A stretch of DNA of 64,000 nucleotides from NCBI RefSeq assembly GCF_964355755.1, contig NC_092672.1, positions 33,424,437 through 33,488,436 of the forward strand. Direction: 5' to 3'. The notes under the pieces were generated by a model. The model did not search any database and was not told where the DNA came from. It saw only the letters and a program-made list of their open reading frames with translations. Both the position numbers and the translations under genes were made by a program. The stretch is from Antedon mediterranea (taxonomy: Eukaryota > Animalia > Echinodermata). This document shows positions 15,001 through 26,013 of the stretch, in pieces (positions within the stretch are counted from its first letter, which is position 1; the number at the start of each line of letters is the position of its first letter).

Positions 15001-18000
15001 ATATCCTCTACACTAATAAGCGGTTGGGGTTTAGTTTTATTTTCTATATTTATTATTTCAAATAAGTTATTTATTAATACCCTAAAAAAATAATTATATA
15101 TTACTAGATGAACGCTCCCTACGCTCGCGTACCATCTAGGTCGTGCCCACATATGGTTCTCGAATACACAATAATTTCAGCAAAAAAAAACGACAATTCA
15201 AATGTACATACCGCAGGATTCTTATTACTTAATACAGAAACAAAGAGGAAACATTTTTAAATATATTCTTTATCCACTCAGTAACGAAATATTTGTTCAT
15301 GTTTTATAGGTATATTCATTATTTACCAAAAATTCAGTAAAACATTTGCCATTTAAAACTTTGTGTTAAAACTGCCACTGTCATAGTCGATAGTAAAGTA
15401 CATGTATGATACACCACTACGACTTTTATATGTTTTGTAATTATTAATTAATACAAACGTTGAGAAGGAACTGTCAGTAATAAAGTTTATTTGTATATTA
15501 TGTGTTTAACAGTACCCACACTAACAGTAATACATTTATTTGTATATATCTAACAGAAATTTGCGATTCAAATGTCGACCAAAAATTTTATTCATTTGTC
15601 ATTTCCTTTTCTGTCTAATTTAAATGTTTGAATGTGACCTTTTTGATAATGTAAATGTGAGCACAGAATATTTTAACGAAGATAACTTAATTTCTTCACT
15701 TGAACATTCTAATTTATCATCAAACTTTTCTATTTTTGGACTAAACTGTCGTAGTGTTGTTAATAAGTTTGACTTAATCTCAAACTATTTAGACTCACTC
15801 GTACATGCCTTCTCCGTCATTGCCTTCAGTGAAACCTGGTTAACCGAAAAAGATAATATTAATCTATACCAGTTACCAGCTACAGTTTGATTCACAATGA
15901 TAGGAAAAATATAACGTACTGAGTAAAACACAGTATGGATTTAGACAACACCATTCAACTAGTCATGCTTTAATACAATCGATTGAAAAAATCACAAACG
16001 CTATTGAGAATAAAGAGTTCACACTAGGAGTTTTCCTTGATTTATCAAAAGCGTTTGATACAATCGATCATGATATATTATTAGATAAGTTAAGATTTTA
16101 TGGTATAAAAGGAGTTCCGCTAAACTGGTTCTCAAACTATCTTAAAAAAAGACTACAATACACATTTATTGTTAATACTGCATCTAGTAAAATGACAGTA
16201 AACACTCAGGGATCCATATTGGGTCCATTATTATTTCTTATATTCATTAATGATATTAGTCTAGCATGTAACCATGTAGACATGATTATGTATGCAGATG
16301 ACACAAATGTGTTTTATAGTCACAATGATATTACTCAAGCTTTTGATACAATGAACCAGGAGTTATCTATACTTTCGGACTGGTTTATTGCTAACAAATT
16401 AACGCTAAATGTAAACAAATCAAAATATGTTATATTTAAGGCTAGAAATAAGTCAGCTGACACTACCTCACTAGAATTGAGGATGGGAAATGAATGTATA
16501 GTAAAAGCTACTGAAGTTAAATTTCTAGGCTTATTTCTGGATGAAACTTTATCGTTTAATTTTCATGTAAATGAGGTAGCAAACAGTATTTCTAGAATAA
16601 TTGGTGTCTTAAACAAAGTGAAGTCTATGTTATCAAGTAAAATCTTGTTAACGGCATACAATGCACTTATATTACCTAGAATAACGTATGCTATCACAGT
16701 ATGGGGTGCTACTTCTGCTACAAACTTAAACCGTATACATATTCTCCAGAAAAAAGCACTTAGAAATATTTGTCATGTTCATTTTATGCATCCTTCTCAT
16801 CCACTTTTTATTTCAACCCAAACATTAAATATTTTTGACCTTTATACGAAACACACTGCTATATTTATGTATCAATATAAACATAATCTATTACCTGAAT
16901 CATTTAATAACTTATTTAGTACATCTGCCTCATTCCATAATTACTCAACTAGAAACAGGTCAAACTACTGTCCACAACTAAAACGCACCAAAGTCGGACA
17001 GCAATGTATTTCCTACCAAGGAACACATATTTGGAACAATTTAACAGACTATATAAAACAATCCCCCACTTTAAGTTTGTTTAAACAGAGATTAAAGCAA
17101 TATTATAACAATAGAAATATTTAAGTTAAGTAAATCACATTATGTTATTTTGGTTTGTTCTTTTTGTTTGTACTAATTGTTTGATCTTTTTGTTAGGGTT
17201 ACATGCTTAAAAAGCACTTGTGCTTATTTTGTATCCCATTCCATTATCTTATTATTTGTATTGTATTTGTATATGTTTTTATTTTGATTATGGAATAAAA
17301 ATGTCGATGAATTGAATTGAAAAAAATGGTTAATATACGTATTTACAGTATTGTCAAACTATTGCAATACTATATCTATATGCAGACAACACTACCATTA
17401 TACTTGATGGGTCTGAAGCATCACTGCATGCAACACTCGATACACTGGATACATACGAGAGTATTTCCGGTTTAAGAATAAATGAAGAAAAAACAAAAGT
17501 TGTATGGATAGGTAGTAAGAGAGGTAGCAATGTAAGGTTAAAAACAAGAAAAAAGATAAACTGGATAGGTAATGCCATATTTTCAATTTTAGGTATTGAC
17601 TTTTCATTAGATGCAGTTCAAATGATTAATGTAAACTATGAAAGAGTGTTTCTAACGATAGAGCGTATGATAAACCAATGGTCTAAAAGAAACTTGACAG
17701 TAATTGGTAAAATAAATATTATAAAATCACTCTTGTTACCAAAACTCATTCATATGATCATGTCCTTACCGAACCCATCAAATGAATACGTAGTACGTCT
17801 TAATAATTTATTTTTTCGTTTTATTTGGCAAAACAAACCTGATAAAATAAACCGGCATCAGATGAAAAGTGATTACTTACATGGTAGATTAAGAATGGTA
17901 GATTTAAATTTTTTTTATGTCATTAAAAATAACTTGGTTGCGTAGAATTTTCAACAATAAATCCGAAGACAACCCAATATTTAGGCTATTTAAGTACATA

Positions 18001-21000
18001 ACAAATTTGTCTAACTCTATGCAACTTGAAACGAATTGTAAACGTCTGTCCAGCATTAGAGATAATATTAAAATTCTCTTCTTGAAAGAGGTAATAGATG
18101 CATGGAGTAATTTTATTTCTATTCATTATCCAAAGTCTGTTGACGAGCTATTACGAATGCAAATTTGGAATAATGAAGTAATAAGAATAGGTAACGAATG
18201 TATAAGATATGGAAATTGGGAAAAAGCAGGTATTTTGTTTGTTAATGATTTGTTTAACAGCAATGGGCAATTTATGAATAAAAAAGAAGTCGAAGATACC
18301 TATGGTATTAAGATAAATTATATAAAATTAATAGGATTAAAAAGGCTTCTTAGGGAAAAATTTAACAATTTAAAGATATGTGAAATTAAAAAAACAGTTT
18401 TGCCAGATATTCCATTTCATATAAAATTACTCTTTCAACAAAGAAAGGGATGTCGTATTTTTTATGATGTTTTAAATAACTCAATGTTTAAATCATGGAA
18501 AGCACAAAAGAAATGGGCAGAAAATAAATTTGTATTCAATAACGAACAATGGAAAACAATCTACCTAGCTCCACATACGTGTACAATGAATATTGTTTTA
18601 ATATATTTTCAATATAAAATTGTAAATAGAATAATTGCAACAAATGAACAATTATTTAAAATGAATATAAAAGAAACTTCAATGTGCTCATTTGGAGATG
18701 GTAAAATTGAAACCATTCAGCACTTGTTCTGTAATTGTCCAATAGTAAAAAGGATATGGAACCTCCTCCAGGAAAAAATTGCAGAAAAAACTGGAGTGCA
18801 ATTTATTTTTAGTAAAGAGAGCATAATTTTCGGATACCAAGAAGCGCATCAGTTTTTTAATTTAAAAGCCATTAATGCAATTATTCTAATTGTAAAATCA
18901 TTTATTTATAAATGTAAACTAGTTAAATGTAAGCCAACTATCAAAATGGCTATGAACGAGTTAAAACGGTTTTATGAAACAGAAAAATTTATTTATCATC
19001 AGAATTTTGAGGACAGTATTTTTAATAGAAAATGGATAAAATTAGAAGAATTTATAAATCAAAAATGAAATGGTTAGAGAGTAGAATAATTTTTATGAAC
19101 CTTTATTTAATTTGTTAGATGGATATCTTTGTTGTTTTTGTTTGTTGCTTTTAATTTTAATTTTTTATTTGATTATGTTTTTCCTTTGTAATGTATTATA
19201 TGATGAAATAAAAAAAAAAAAAAAAAAAAAAAAATACTATATCTATAGGTTTTAAGTTTATTCGCCAAGGGCCCAGTGACCTACGTGTGTGAAACCAAAT
19301 AATTAAACTGGGAGAGATTAGAATGTTCCATTCATGGAAATCAATGCATTTGTATAAACGTAAATTAAATTTAAAAAAATTCCATTTTTAAAGAAAATCG
19401 GCCTGTATTCAACACTATAATGCTGTACTCGAGCTGTTCAACCGGTTTTCAGCTATGCATCCTCGTATTATTGTGTGCGGGTATTTATCATGATGGACAT
19501 CCATTATACAATATATATACCACGATCAGAAAACACCCCTATTTGTGGCAATTCGTTTTAATTGTCAATAACTAAATATCTAACATAACCTAATTAGTTT
19601 TATGCTTTGCATTAGCTGTTAAAAATCAGTATCGACAGTATGTACCAACTTTATATACCTTCGTGTAAAAATTCCAGAAGTTACGCGCGAGTTACCGAAT
19701 TTTGCCCTTACGTAAATTTATATATAGAATCAATACTTTCAAGCATAAATTGCAGATTGATAAACTCAAATTGTCTCTAAAATGATAAAATATTTTAACG
19801 TAACATGCAATCATCTTGTTAGGGGTTTACATCCAAGAACATTTGCAATGCACCAGTTATCATAATTATATAGCTAAATTTATTGGTATTATGAACCGAA
19901 TTAAACGTATTTTCTAGAATATATTTTACTTTCTTATTACAATACACTCCCGTATTTCTAATATTGTAATATTATTAAGAAAATCTTCCGCCAAGTAGCT
20001 TGAAAAAAGGACAAATAATATAATATGAGCAATATGCATACTGAGTTACTGCAAGTTTAAATTGATTTTCTCCTGATAATTTTCATTAGCTATTCATTTT
20101 TTAATGTATTTAAGGATGTTATTTGTTATTTAAAGTTGAAAAAATAATTGTGGAAAGAATTAACAATAACAATTAAAACACAACGAACACAACATATAAG
20201 TGTACTTACATAGTGTCTTAGAATAGGTCACAAATACTTCAGCCCAAAATGTTATATGGCAATACGACTGATATGTTGAGGAACTGACAACGATACTTAG
20301 CGTGTTACTTGTAGATATAATTATTTGTGATGAATGTATATAATAATAAGAGATACATGCAATCACTTCTCCGTCTTCATTGTAAATAGTCACATAATCG
20401 TTGGGGGAAAAAAATACCATATCGTGGAATACAACAGCTAGCAAGTTATCGACGTCTGTAGTAAATGTCCATTTTTGTTGCACATTTCTTCCATAGTAAT
20501 TTGGATATCCAAGCGATGAAAAAGTTTTCGTTTCATTACCAATGAAAAATGTTTCAGGGTTCGGTTGTACAGAATCTGCCAAAAAAAGATATTTGAAGCA
20601 TTGATTAATTAAAATGAAAATTACTTCAGCGTATTTCAATCGTAATGATACATCATTTTCGATATGCACTGATGCATAAATACCGGCATATAACCGTTAA
20701 TTACACTTGATTAGGAATGACTAGGCCTCTGTCGAATTGAAGACTGTCTGACTGACTGTTAAAATGCTGACGTCTGATTTGATACCTTGTTGTCTTGTTA
20801 GTATGTCTTCATTCCACCTACAGAAGATAAAAGTCTGTCAAAACTGCTCGTTCGTGCGTGACGGCGTACAGAATCGGATTGATGCACGAGTTAAACCATG
20901 GTAATAGTTTACGTACTCCCAAACAAAATTACTAATCATATACTGTACGGCGACCAACAGATTACGAAAACGGTTACCGGCTAACATAACGGCTGCTTTT

Positions 21001-24000
21001 CGCGTTTGTCACAATCCTCAACGTAGTCAATAGTGGTCTTACCAGTAATCACCTCCCAGAAGAAAATGCTTACTCCGTAAAACGGAACGTGTTGTATCTC
21101 ATATTGTTCTTCACCATCCAATACCGATCTAAGCTGAGCAGGATGATGTACAGATAAAACTGCACAGGCAGTGAAATCGAAAAATAAATAGGTTTTACAG
21201 CGTGTTACAGAAAAGGGCACCCGGGTAGAAGGATTATATACACTACCAGGAATTAAAGAGACCTTAGTTAGTTATATATTTTTTTAACGTTAGGTTTTAA
21301 CTCTAGGGAGAGGAAATGGATATTTACGTCTAAGGTTGTACTGATTCTCCCTAGGTTTAAGAAGCGAAAGATGATGAAGCCTATGAGACGATAATTTTAA
21401 TTTTTGAAAATAATCCGTGCATTGCCGGGTGCGCCTTTCTGACAGGAGTGGGATGTTCAGAAATGTTCTAGCACAATCATAGCTGACCCCAGGCAAAATA
21501 GTCCCCAAAGCTCTACGTTGAATTCACTCCAATTGCTTACTCTGAGATCCGTTAACACAGGTTACCCAAACTGGAACCGCGTATTCTAAAACGGGGCGGA
21601 TAAAAATGCGTACTAACCGCATAAGACAAACTCCAGATCTACGTAGTCGTTTAAGAAAATACAGTCTGGTATTACATTTACAAACCATAGAATCCACATG
21701 GGTTTGCCAAGACAAGTCATTGGAAATATTCAAACCTAAAAGATTATATGAGTTAACATTATTAATAGTAGTTTCATTGATGATGAGGGGATCAACATTG
21801 GATTTAATAGATCTACAGCTTATAAGCATTCCAACTGTTTTATTCGAATTTATAACCATATGATTTTCAAGAGTCCATTCAACAGCATGGTCAAGGGTGG
21901 ACTGGATCCCACTAGACCCACCCCCGCCAATGCACTCATACACCTAAGTATCGACCATATTTTATGCACGAAAGACAATGAAAAGTATAGGCCACAACCA
22001 AGACCTTTGGGGAACATCTCTGTTAAGGGAAACTCAATTTTAAAAAAAACAGACCCAAGCTTAATACGTTTTTTTCTCTTGCAAAGAAAGGATGCCACCC
22101 ATAAAATTCAAAATTCCTCTACTTCAAGATTCCTTAATTTATTTAATAAAACTTTAAAACCAAATAATAAGCTTTTTCAAAGTAGAGTAGAAGCTAACCT
22201 CCTCACGGATATCCGTCGCTCTATAGCAGTTGTGAAAAAATTCAACCAGGAGCGTCAACTGTCGATAACTCTTTGGAGAAACCAAATTGGTGGAGGTTAA
22301 GCTTATCTTTAACCTGAGACCAAATTATCTCACCAACAACCCTTTCCAAAATTTTTACGGAACATGAAGTGAGAGAGATTCCAATTACTATTGATTTAAA
22401 TTCTCCATTAATTTGTACTGAGATTTTGACTAATGAGGTGCAGTGTCACATTAAAGGCCTAACTTTGCAATAAACGCTTTTCGAAACAAAAACAAAACAA
22501 TCAAACAAGCAACCTTCAAAATAAAAATCATTAACGTTATATTTTAATACATATAAGTGAATACCTACCTTTTCCAAGATACACATTTACATCAGCTATA
22601 AACCCCCTTTCCACTATAGAGCCATCTGTACAGAAAATAATAGATATTGTGTTGCTTGTAGATATAGTTATTGGTGGTGTATTTCTACCAGAGAAAGCGC
22701 CAGTAATTTCTCCGTCACTATAAATAGTCAAGTAATCGAAGCAGAGCTCAAGTTCAAAATCGTGGAATTCAACAGTGAGCAAGCTACCGACATATGTAGT
22801 AAATGTCCAGTTTTTCTGCACATTGTTTCCATAGGAGCATGGATATCCAGGCGATGTAATATTTTTTGTTTCATTACCAATGAGAAATGTTGTAAAGTTC
22901 GATTGTACAGAATCTACCGAAAAATGAAGATATTCGTATTAATTGGATATCCCGGTGATGACATTATGTTGGGTATCATTACCACAGATAATTATTTAAA
23001 AAACATACTTACTGTATTACTTCATGTTTACTTATTCACACATGGTGCATTCAGTGTATAAGTATATATACAATACTTGCAATTAAATGTAGATAAATGG
23101 TTTAAAATGACGGCGATACTGCATCGCGGCAAGGTACACGCCACTCGTTAAAGTATTGTAACCATCAATACATAGCATATTATATTATAACACATTAATT
23201 ATTTTGGTCAACAGTTTGCAATAAAAAAAATATTATGAACGTATTGATTGGATAAATGAAGACGATACTGATATAAAATCTGGTTAAATGTACATGAATA
23301 AAAATAATTGCATGTGAACACAATAACAACAAATACAGAATTTGGGAAAATATGATTACAACCAAAGATACTTTTTCTTCAGTAGAAAGTGAAAAACTGC
23401 AAACAAAGTTGGAAGGTAAGGGGGATACTTTTAAATGTAGTACGAAAATAAAAATATGAAGTAGAATAGGCCTAAAAACACCAAAAATTATTTTAAAAAG
23501 CCCACAAGAAAACCACAAACTCAAGTTATATTTATTATATTTAGTCATTTTTTAACACACTATTTTTGAAAGAACTCTAATTACAACTTTCAAAAGAATA
23601 TATATTTTACTGTTCTTAACTCATTGATAAGAAAGTTAGGGAAAGGAAAACAGTTACACACAAAAAAAACCCCAAAATTATGATATAGAGGGGAAACTAT
23701 AGAAATTAATAATTACTCAAATGTATGATCAATAAATGGTTTGCCGCACCTAGCCTTTAACGACTTGGAAACTCAACGCAATTCGCCGCAACCCAACGTC
23801 GACTGCTGGAAATCAGAACTAAAATAATTGTATAGTCTTAATTTTTTCAGAAACACAAGCAGCGTCCTACAGTATGGGAAAACATGTTCATAGCTGCGAA
23901 GTCAATGTACAAAATATACTATCAGAATATATAAAGCAGCGTTTTAAGAATTATGTTTAATTTTTAAGTCTAAAAAATAAGACATGATAGTTTCAGCATG

Positions 24001-24133
24001 GAGGTATAAAAATAGATTTATACCTCCATGGTTCCAGCATCACTAGCATTGTAGGCTACTTACCACACGAGTCTGATTGACAAACTGCAATTACTGCAGC
24101 TGCTAAATATGCTAGACCGAATGCAGTACGCAT
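1..24133 (-). CDS. Adhesion GPCR paralog A (signal peptide, 4 CUB, SRCR, S/T stalk, GAIN/GPS, start of 7TM); 3' end outside window
   Basis: Exons 24064-24133, 22569-22913, 20210-20575, 9702-10064, 8793-9161, 4220-4543, 3923-4081, 3399-3436, 2738-2890, 1899-2217, 1119-1291, 734-889, 502-617, 1-22. All GT-AG, phase-compatible, 991 open codons. GPS motif CVFW...W...GC...[13 protein letters not shown] followed by TM1. Confidence 0.9.
502..617 (-). CDS. Gene A exon: TM1
   Basis: [38 protein letters not shown]; paralogous to 33842-33957. Confidence 0.85.
734..889 (-). CDS. Gene A exon: GPS autoproteolysis motif and tethered agonist
   Basis: [19 protein letters not shown]...[13 protein letters not shown]; cag acceptor, gtaagt donor. 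Confidence 0.93.
1119..2890 (-). CDS. Gene A GAIN-domain exons (1119-1291, 1899-2217, 2738-2890)
   Basis: Helical GAIN-A-like [14 protein letters not shown]..., [25 protein letters not shown] motifs; near-identical exons in gene B. Confidence 0.88.
3068..3215 (-). mobile_element. Short 3' fragment of L2-clade LINE (equivalent copy at ~39814-39975 in gene B)
   Basis: Matches the 3' end and (TTGA)n tail of the L2 element starting at 11416. Confidence 0.75.
3467..3648. mobile_element. Non-autonomous DNA transposon (MITE) with ~50-bp imperfect TIRs
   Basis: aatattaatttgtcaaaaccaaattatgtactcacga vs tcgtgagtacacaatttggttttgaaaaactaatatt; absent from the equivalent gene B intron. Confidence 0.65.
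3923..4081 (-). CDS. Gene A exon: Ser/Thr/Pro-rich mucin-like stalk
   Basis: [37 protein letters not shown]...; 45 bp longer than the gene B exon through an internal duplication. Confidence 0.85.
4220..4543 (-). CDS. Gene A exon: SRCR domain (missed by the ORF track)
   Basis: [16 protein letters not shown]...[20 protein letters not shown]...[17 protein letters not shown]...[14 protein letters not shown]; phase 1-1. Confidence 0.95.
6505..8118 (+). mobile_element. Partial non-autonomous Helitron-like copy (family of 44275-45522), interrupted by a SINE
   Basis: Colinear with ~44410-45505; truncated within the 3' hairpin (ctagatggtacgcgagcgaa). Confidence 0.75.
6641..6998 (-). mobile_element. 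tRNA-derived SINE with Deu/Nin-like central domain
   Basis: Minus-strand head with A box TGGCCGAGCGG and B box GGTTCGAGGC; core tcggataaggactataaaccgtaggtcc...ttaaagaacc...gagtagggggttaccccggtgt resembles the DeuSINE domain; A-rich tail. Confidence 0.8.
8793..9161 (-). CDS. Gene A exon: CUB domain 4
   Basis: [13 protein letters not shown]...WTF...FHDIELD...GFLAEV; phase 1-1. Confidence 0.88.
9702..10064 (-). CDS. Gene A exon: CUB domain 3
   Basis: [13 protein letters not shown]...[13 protein letters not shown]...KGFLAEV; counterpart of 41093-41443. Confidence 0.88.
11010..15050 (-). mobile_element. Degraded RTE/CR1-group LINE, split by an L2 insertion
   Basis: RT remnants FRPISLT (14584-14772) and KYVDD, LNPTKCK (13945-14352); tail-like repeat near 11010; boundaries approximate. 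Confidence 0.6.
11416..13690 (-). mobile_element. L2-clade LINE, frameshifted ORF2 (reverse transcriptase)
   Basis: ORFs 13266-13571, 12633-13244, 11785-12672 ([23 protein letters not shown]) and 11488-11769 ([14 protein letters not shown]); (TTGA)n 3' tail. Confidence 0.9.
15587..17320 (+). mobile_element. CR1-group LINE, internally deleted (APE endonuclease start plus RT C-terminal half)
   Basis: 15624-15890 LNCRS, FSETWL; 16192-17124 QGSILGP, MYADD; aataaa then (GAATT)n tail. Confidence 0.88.
17381..19232 (+). mobile_element. 5'-truncated L1/Tx1-clade LINE
   Basis: Starts at RT motif [12 protein letters not shown]; ORFs 17622-17945 and 17917-19068 with zf-RVT-like [10 protein letters not shown]; poly(A); 15-bp TSD aatactatatctata at 17366-17380 and 19233-19247. 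Confidence 0.92.
20210..20575 (-). CDS. Gene A exon: CUB domain 2
   Basis: [20 protein letters not shown]...NDYVTIY...FWAEV; phase 1-1. Confidence 0.85.
20704..21213 (-). pseudogene. Deleted, frameshifted copy of the histamine H3-like GPCR family, inside an intron of gene A
   Basis: Colinear with 55390-56280 ([30 protein letters not shown]6-TM7 and 3' flank) with several deletions. Confidence 0.85.
21270..22420 (-). mobile_element. Degraded RTE/CR1-group LINE RT fragment
   Basis: ORFs 21524-21943 ([33 protein letters not shown]) and 21290-21508. Confidence 0.8.
22569..22913 (-). CDS. Gene A exon: CUB domain 1
   Basis: [13 protein letters not shown]...[13 protein letters not shown]...[12 protein letters not shown]; phase 1-1. 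Confidence 0.88.
23997..24030. mobile_element. 34-bp palindromic remnant, probable P-superfamily excision footprint
   Basis: 14-bp arms catggaggtataaa/tttatacctccatg; flanks gtttcag/gttccag (7-bp TSD, one mismatch). Confidence 0.55.
24064..24133 (-). CDS. Gene A first coding exon: signal peptide
   Basis: [23 protein letters not shown], gtaagt donor, phase 1; paralogous to 49485-49551. Confidence 0.8.
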
Positions 24134-24134
24134 T

Positions 24135-25270
24135 CTGTGGCGCTCCGGAGAGGATAGGTGGTACGTTCATTAACGTATTGCGAGAGTAATGAATTTTCTA
24201 TAAAACAGTAATCGTTAAAGTAGTTCAAATCGGTATCTGAGTGCGACACCTATTGGTCAAACTCCACCAAGAAAAAAATAAATTTTTGATTTTATCGACG
24301 CTAAAATAAATATGTATATGTAAACCAGTTTTTATGGAGAGTGAACAACTGTATGTTGTTTCTTTGAATGCAAACAATATTAAACTTGTACACGTTTGCT
24401 TTACAGATATTAGCTTGCTTAAAAACATAATGAACTTTATGATATAAACAATCTATCTATCTCCTTTAAAAGATATCTTCGTTTTTTTTTAATTATAAAA
24501 TATAAACCCAGAATCTTTTTCTAAGCTATGGGCCTACTGTACTAATTTATTTATATTTCGAATGTTTTAATGTTGTAGTTCGATGCAATTAATGTACATT
24601 GTAGAATAGTCTCTGCTTTTTTTTTGAATATACAGCAGTAGCTGCTGAATCTTATTGGCCTGTAATTTAGTATTCCCATCAACAAACACATTTGCTTCAT
24701 AGGGGCCTCCAACGCTGGGTAATTGCATTTAAGGCTGCTTATACTCTGGGACCCCTTTAGCATGGGCTTTCTGTAAATAGCCAGTGTGTGCAAGTTAGAG
24801 TTTAATACATTTCTTGCTGGTATTCAATATAAACACAATGTAAAATATTATTATACACAGAATGAATTATGTAAGATAAATAGGATAATATTCACAAGTT
24901 AAAAAATGACAAGATGTTATATTTATCGGTCTGATCACAGTTTATAGAGTTAATAACGTTTCCATGATCAAACTCAATTAATTTACAATTAGCTTTGTAA
25001 GACATTTTGTTCAACTATATCCCACTTGGCACGGTGACAGATTGTCTGAAACTGAGGGCGGTATATTCGTAAATCTCTATGTGTATGGTTGATACGTAAT
25101 TCGTTGTCATATTTATCGGTCTGAACACAGTTTATAGAGTCAATATCGTTTTCATGAATTTGTAAATCAATATTTATTTGTTTGTCATAGAAAAGGAAGT
25201 ATAGTAATCACGTATCGTATATTTGTAGAACAATCAGTTATACACATCTGCAACGGAAACATCTACTTTT
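24135..25270 (-). promoter_or_regulatory. Upstream region of gene A, duplicated upstream of gene B (~49553-50930)
   Basis: Colinear similarity such as ggcacggtgacagattgtctgaaactgagggcggtatatt in both; regulatory function not shown. Confidence 0.5.
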
Positions 25271-25694
25271 TGTAGCCTATAACTTAATGATTCGGAAAAA
25301 ATATTTGAATGCTTCTTTTAACCCCGACAATGCACCGTAAAGGTTTGTATTATTCTTTCCAATTTGAAATGTAATAACTCAAAGCATATTTATATGTATT
25401 GATATGACAATTTAATAAGTCTCTCTGTCTTAATAAACTAAAATTCTGGTAAAATGTCTAAGCATAAAAAAAACCCAGAATTTTCCTCTAACCTAAGTTG
25501 AATTTATTTTTTATGTTTCACATGCTCTTTTATTGCTATTGTGACCCCGACATGACTAGGAATGTTATATGTCTCACGCGAAGCAATATTAGCCTTTGAC
25601 CTATTGGTAAGTTACCGGTATTTGGTGTATGTTTACTGTATAAATAGGCATCAAAGTGTCACTTGAATGTTGTTTAAAGAACATACATTTTTAA

Positions 25695-26013
25695 AGATGT
25701 ATTGTCCCCCTGAAAAAATAATTCTTAAACAATTTTTTGTTGAATATTCCATTTTAATTTAACATAATAGTTATCCACTTTGACCAAAAATTGGATCGAA
25801 AAAAAATGTATTTACCTGAAAAAAATGCAATTTAAAGCAAAAAATGGTCAAATTGGCTGCCAGCCAAAGGATTTTTTGTTGAATTTAACCATTTTTCACG
25901 GTTTTTTTTCTACGGAAGTGATTCACTTTATTAAAACTACAAAATAACGTATTCAAAGTCTGATTTAATTAATCTTCATTTTTCATGTTTTTGGGGACAA
26001 TAGGCCTACATCT
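25695..26013. mobile_element. Kolobok-like MITE (TTAA TSD)
   Basis: ttaa|agatgtattgtcccc...ggggacaa(taggcc)tacatct|ttaa. Confidence 0.75.

Larger units (their letters stand above)
15104..19728 (-). mobile_element. Non-autonomous Helitron-like element carrying two nested LINEs
   Basis: 5' TCTATATATAAATTTACG at 19728; 3' hairpin and CTAG at 15104-15140; reverse complement of 44275-45522. Confidence 0.8.
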
